Of a stretch of 64,000 nucleotides of DNA, positions 59,000-64,000 are shown in pieces. The stretch spans positions 9,661,534 to 9,725,533 of the forward strand of contig NC_083409.1 in assembly GCF_020745735.1 (NCBI RefSeq), given 5' to 3'. This DNA comes from Hemiscyllium ocellatum (lineage: Eukaryota). Position 1 is the first letter of the stretch; the number at the start of each line of letters is the position of its first letter. The translations under genes were made by a program, and so were the position numbers. Under the pieces are notes generated by a model. That model saw only the letters and a program-made list of their open reading frames with translations, was not told where the DNA came from and searched no databases.

Positions 59000-61780
59000 G
59001 TTTGGCCATCAATTTTCCCAGGGTGTTCCGTTCACCGTACAGTTTACTCCAGATTTGGATTTTCCAAAATTCGTCCGATCACATTTCCCCGGATTGAACT
59101 CCATCCGTCCGTTTCTCTGCCCAACTCTCCAATCTATCTATATTCCGCTGTATTCTCTGTCAGTCCCCTTCACTATCTGCTCCTCCACCAATCTTAGCGT
59201 CATCTGCAAACTTGTTAATCAGACCATCTATACCTTCCTCCAGATCATTTATGTATATCAAAAACAAGAGCGGTACCAGCACGGATTCCTGTTCTCCATT
59301 CTGAAAAACTCCTTCCACTGCTACTGTCTGTCTCAGCCTGTTCTCTATCCATCTAGTGAGTACACTCTGGACCCCATGCGACTTTAATTTCTCCATCAGG
59401 CTGCCATGGGGAACTTTATCAAACACCTTACTGAAGTCCATGTGTATGACATCCGCAGCCCTTCCCTCATCAATCAACTTCATCACTTCTTCAAAAACGT
59501 CTATAAAGTTGGTAAGACATGACATTCCCTGCACAAAATCATGCTGCCTTTTACTGAAATTTCTTCCAAATGTAAATAGATCTTATCCCTCAGTATCTTC
59601 TCCAGCAGCTTCCCTACCACTACATCAGGCTCACTGGTTGATAGTTACCTGGATTATCTTGGCTACCCTTCTTCAACATTAGTAATTCTCCACTCCTCTG
59701 GGACCTCATCCATGTTCAAAGTTGCTACAAAGATATCGATTAAGGACCCAATTATTTCCTCTCTTGCTTCCCTCAGTAACCTGGGATCGATCCCATCCCG
59801 ACCTGGGGACTTGTCCACCTTGATGCCTTTTAAAATACCCAACACTTTCTCGTTCCTTAAACCGACTTGACCCTGAGTAATCAAACATCTATCCCCAACT
59901 TCAACATCTGTCATTTCCCTCTCCTTGGTGAATACCGACGTAAAGCACTCATTAAGAATCTCATCCATTTTCTCTGACTCCACACATAACATTCTTCCTT
60001 TGTCCTTGAGTGAACCAACCCTTTTTCTAGTCACCCACTTGCTCCTTATATAAGAATAAAAGGATTTGGAATTTTCCTTAATCCTGTTTGCTAATGATAT
60101 TTCGTGACCCTTTTTAGCCCTTCTAATTCCTCATTTCAGATTGGTCCAACTTTCCCAATATTCTTCCAAAGCTTTGTCTATTTTCAACCACCTAGACCTT
60201 ATGTATGCATCCTTTTTCCTCTTAGCTAGTCTCAAAATTTCATCTGTCATCCAGCGTTCCCTAATTCTGCCATTTCAATCCCTTATTTTCACAGGGACAT
60301 ATCTGTCCTGACTCTCGTCAACCTCTCTTTAAAAGCCTCCCACATATCAAATGTGGATTTCCCTTTAAACAGCTACTCCCAATCCACATTCCCCAGCTCC
60401 TACCAAATTTTAGGATAGTTGGCCTTCCTCCACTTTAGTCCTCTTCGTTTAGGACCAATCTCATCTTTGTCCATGAGCATTCTGAAACTTATGGAATCGT
60501 GATCACTCTTCCCAAAGTAATCCCCTACTGAAATTTCAACCACCTGGCCAGGCTCATTCCCTTACACCAGGTCCAGTATGGCCCCTTCCTGAGTTAGACT
60601 ATTTCCACATTACTCTGTAAAATCCTCCTGGATGCTCCTTACAAATTCTGCTCCATCATAACTTCTAACATGAAGTGCATCCCAGTCAATGTTGGGAAAA
60701 TTAAAATCTTCCATCATCACCACCTTGTTACTCCTACATCTTTCCATAATCTGTTTACATGTTTGTACCTCTATCTCACGTTCACTGTTGGAGGCTTGTA
60801 GGATAGCACCAACATTGTTACTGCATCCTTCCTGTTTCTGACCTCTGCCCATATTGCCCCACTGCTCGAGTCCTCCATAGTGCCCTCCTTCACCATACCT
60901 GTGATATCCACTCTGACCAATAATGCAACTCCTCCATCCCTTTTACCTCCCTCTCGAACCCATCTGATACATCAGTATCCTGGGATATTTAGTTGCCAAT
61001 CTTGCCATTCCCTCAACCAAGTCTCAGTAATAGCAATAACATCATGCTCCCAGATACTGGTCCAAGCCCTAAATTCCTCTGCCTTACCTACTACACTTCT
61101 CACGTTAAAACAAATTCACCTCAGACCATCTGTCCCTTTGCGTTCATCATCTGCTCCCTACCTACTCTTAACCTGAGTCACGCTGACTTCAATATCTAGT
61201 TCCTGACAGGCTTTAGTTACTCCCTCCTTATTGCCCACTAACCTCCTCATTTGGTTCCCATCCCTCTGCTACACTATTTTGAACCCTTCCCAAGAGCGTG
61301 ATCAAACACATCCCACAGGACATTGGTTCCAGTCCTTCCCAGGTGTAGACCGCTCGATTTGTAATTGTCCCACCTCCCCAGGAACCAGTCCCAATGTCCC
61401 AAAAATCTGAACCCCTCCCTCCTGCACCATCTCTCAAGCCATGCATTCATCCTGCCTATACTTTCATTTCGACTCTGACTAGCACATGGCACTGGGAGCA
61501 ATCCTGAGATTACTACCTCTGAGATCCTACATTTTAATATGGTTCCTAACTCCCTAAATTCTACTTGTCGGACCTCATTCCAATTATTACCGATATCATC
61601 AGTCCCTTCATGCACCATCACAGCTAGCTGTTCACCTCCCCCTTCAGAATGTCCTGCAGCCGATTTGAGACATCCCTGACCCGTACAACTGGGAGGCAAC
61701 ATGCTATTCGTGAGTCTTGTTTTTGACCACAGAACCGCCGATCTCCTCCCCTTACAAAGTCCAAATAAACCATATCCATG
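59000..61780 (-). mobile_element. CR1 LINE: ORF1 esterase, APE and RT, lacking the 3' end
   Basis: ORF 61274-61801 (VHEGTDDIG..ISGLLPVP..MNAWLERWCRREGFRFLGHW..GLHL) is the SGNH esterase. Also MEDFNFPNIDW and HMDFSKVFDKVPH..INDL..KFADDAKIGG. Confidence 0.85.
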
Positions 61781-62382
61781 GGCCCCCCTTATCAAATCCA
61801 CTCACTACATCCTCAAACAATTCCAGTCGATTTTTTAAGCATGATTTCCCTTTTGAAAATTCATGCTGACTCTGTGCAGTTCTGCCACTGTTTTCAAAGT
61901 GCTAAGCTATATAATATTTTATAATGAATTTGAGCATTTTCTCCACTGCTGACTTCCGGCTCATTGGTCTAAAATTTCTTATTTTCCCTCTCTCTCTCTC
62001 TTTTTCAATAGACGTGTTAAATTAACTCCATCCATTCTGTAGGACCTATTCCACAGTCGACAAACAGATAACCATCAATGTTTCTCATATTTTGCAACCA
62101 CTTCCTGAAGCACTCCTGAAAATAGTTTATTTGGCCCTGCTGATTTAAGACATTCTAATTTTCCCAGAACCATTTTCCTCCAACAACTGACTTCCTTCAG
62201 CTCCTTCCTCTGATAAAACCCCAAGTTCACCAACATGTCTGAGATTTATTTGAGAATTCATTTGTGCAGAAAGATCCAGAATATGTTTATCTGTCATCTC
62301 TTTGTTCCAACTATAACATTATAACACTTGTGTGGAACTTCCTTGAATATAATCTGGACATCCATATAAACAACTCATTAGT

Positions 62383-62689
62383 GGGTGGCACGGTGGCACA
62401 GTGGTTAGCACTGCTGCCTCACAGCGCCAGGGACCTGGGTTCAATTCCTGCCTCAGGTGACTGTGTGGAGTTTGCACGTTCTCCCCGTGTCTGCGTGGGT
62501 TTCCTCCGGGTGCTCCGGTTTCCTCCCACAGTCACAAAGATGTGCGGGTCAGGTGAATTGGCCATGCTAAATTGCCCAAGTGTTAAGTAAGGGGAAAATG
62601 TAGGGGTGTGGGTGGCGCTTCGGTGGGTCGGTGTGGACATGTTGGGCCGAAGGGCCTGTTTCCACACTGTAAGTAATCTAATCTAATCT
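62383..62689 (+). mobile_element. HE1-type SINE
   Basis: Full consensus with (taatc)n tail. Confidence 0.9.
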
Positions 62690-62854
62690 TCCCTTATCTC
62701 ACACATTAGTGACCTCGTTAAAACATGTAACCAGATAGTTAAAGAGGTCTGACCCTTTTAAATCCATGCTGACTTACTCTGATCTGTTCATAATTGTCAG
62801 ACATTCTGTCTCTAAAATCAGATTCAATTACTTCCCAACAATAGACATTCAACG

Positions 62855-63160
62855 GCATGTCTGCAGATGCTGGAAACCAGATTCTGGATTACTGGTGCTA
62901 GAAGAGCACAGTAGTTCAGGCAGCATCCGAGGAGCAGCGAAACCAACGTTTTGGGCAAAAGCCCTTCATCAAGATTAAAGGCAGTGAGCCTGAAGCGTGT
63001 AGAGATAAGCTAGAGGAGGGTAGGAGTGGGGAGAAAGTAGCATAGAGTACAAGAAAATGTGGCTGTGGTAGCGAGTTTGTTTCACGACATGGTTGAAGAG
63101 CTTCTCTCTCCAAGAATCTCAGGGAGTTCCTCTCCCACTGCAACTCCCAGGCCATTTCCT
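62855..63160 (-). mobile_element. PLE-derived fragment with pLTR
   Basis: ctgcagatgctgg..cagcatccgaggagc..acgttttgggcaaaagcccttcatca. Confidence 0.65.
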
Positions 63161-63164
63161 CTGC

Positions 63165-64000
63165 CCTGAAGCTGTACCAGCCTCTACCACTTCCTCTGGC
63201 AGCCCATTCCACACTCGCACCATCCTGTGTGTGAAAAAGTTGCTCCTCAAGTCTCTTTTATATCTTTCCCCTCTTACCCTAAACCCATGCCCTCTGTTGC
63301 TGGACTCCACCACCCCAGGGAAAAGACTTGGTCTCTTTGCCCTTTCCATGCCCCTCATGATTTTGTAAACCTCTGTAAGGTCAGTCCTCAGCAGGGACCT
63401 CTGTAAGGTCACCCCTCACTCCAGGGAAAATATCCCCAGCCTAATTAACCTCTCCCTGTAGCTTAAATCCCCCAAACCTGGTAACATTCAGGTAAATCTT
63501 TACTGAACCCTTTCAAGTTTCACAACATCCTTCTGATAGGAAGGAGACCAGAATTGAACACAATACTCCAAAAGTGGTTTAGGAGACCTCCCAATACCTA
63601 TACTCAATACTCTAACCAATAAAGGAAAGCATACCAAATGTCTTCTTCATTATCTACCTACCTACGACTCTATTTTCAAGGAGCTATGAACATACACTCC
63701 AAAGTCTCTTTGTTCAGCAACACTCCCGAGAACCTCACCATTAAGTGTATAAGTCCTGCTAAGATTTGCTTTCCTAACTGCAGCACCTTGCATTTATCTA
63801 AATTAAACTCCATCTGCCATTCCTTAGCCCATTGGCCCATCGGATCAAGATCCTGTTGTAATCTGAGGTAACCTTCTTCGCTGTCCACTACACCTCCAAT
63901 TTTGGTGTCATTTGCAAACTTACTAACTCTACCTCCTAGGTTCATATCCCAATCATTTATGGAAATGACAGAAAGTAGTTGCCCCAGCACAAATCCTTAT
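63165..64000 (-). mobile_element. CR1-type LINE RT fragment
   Basis: INDWDMNLGGRVSKFANDTKIGGVVDSEEG..WQMEFNLDKCKV and FFTHRMVRVWNGLPEEVVEA. Confidence 0.85.

Noticed and set aside
279-63990. Most of the 60-130-aa ORFs in the supplied track
   Set aside because: They fall within CR1, L2, SINE or PLE fragments or low-complexity DNA and show no independent coding evidence.

Overview
Eukaryotic, repeat-rich genomic DNA from an elasmobranch, probably a nurse/bamboo-type shark. The species is inferred from HE1-type SINEs, shark CR1 LINEs and nurse-shark-like Ig kappa sequences. Host genes: (1) a complete but apparently disabled kappa light-chain cluster on the minus strand (leader-V-12RSS / 23RSS-J / C, 52.4-42.5 kb); (2) a second, in-frame kappa C exon on the plus strand (25.0-25.3 kb) with no V or J visible upstream; (3) decayed exon-like sequence of unidentified gene(s) at 10.7-17 kb. 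The rest is mostly CR1/L2 LINE fragments, HE1 SINEs, one near full-length decayed L1, hammerhead-bearing Penelope-like elements and a solo-LTR-like repeat. The most striking item is a full-length clade-A R2 retrotransposon at 4624-9227, with three zinc fingers, Myb, RT, CCHC/RLE and a self-contained HDV-like 5' ribozyme core. It lies outside rDNA and splits the 3' UTR of a CR1 LINE at a site resembling the 28S R2 target. This is either an off-target insertion or an R2 lineage retargeted onto another retrotransposon.
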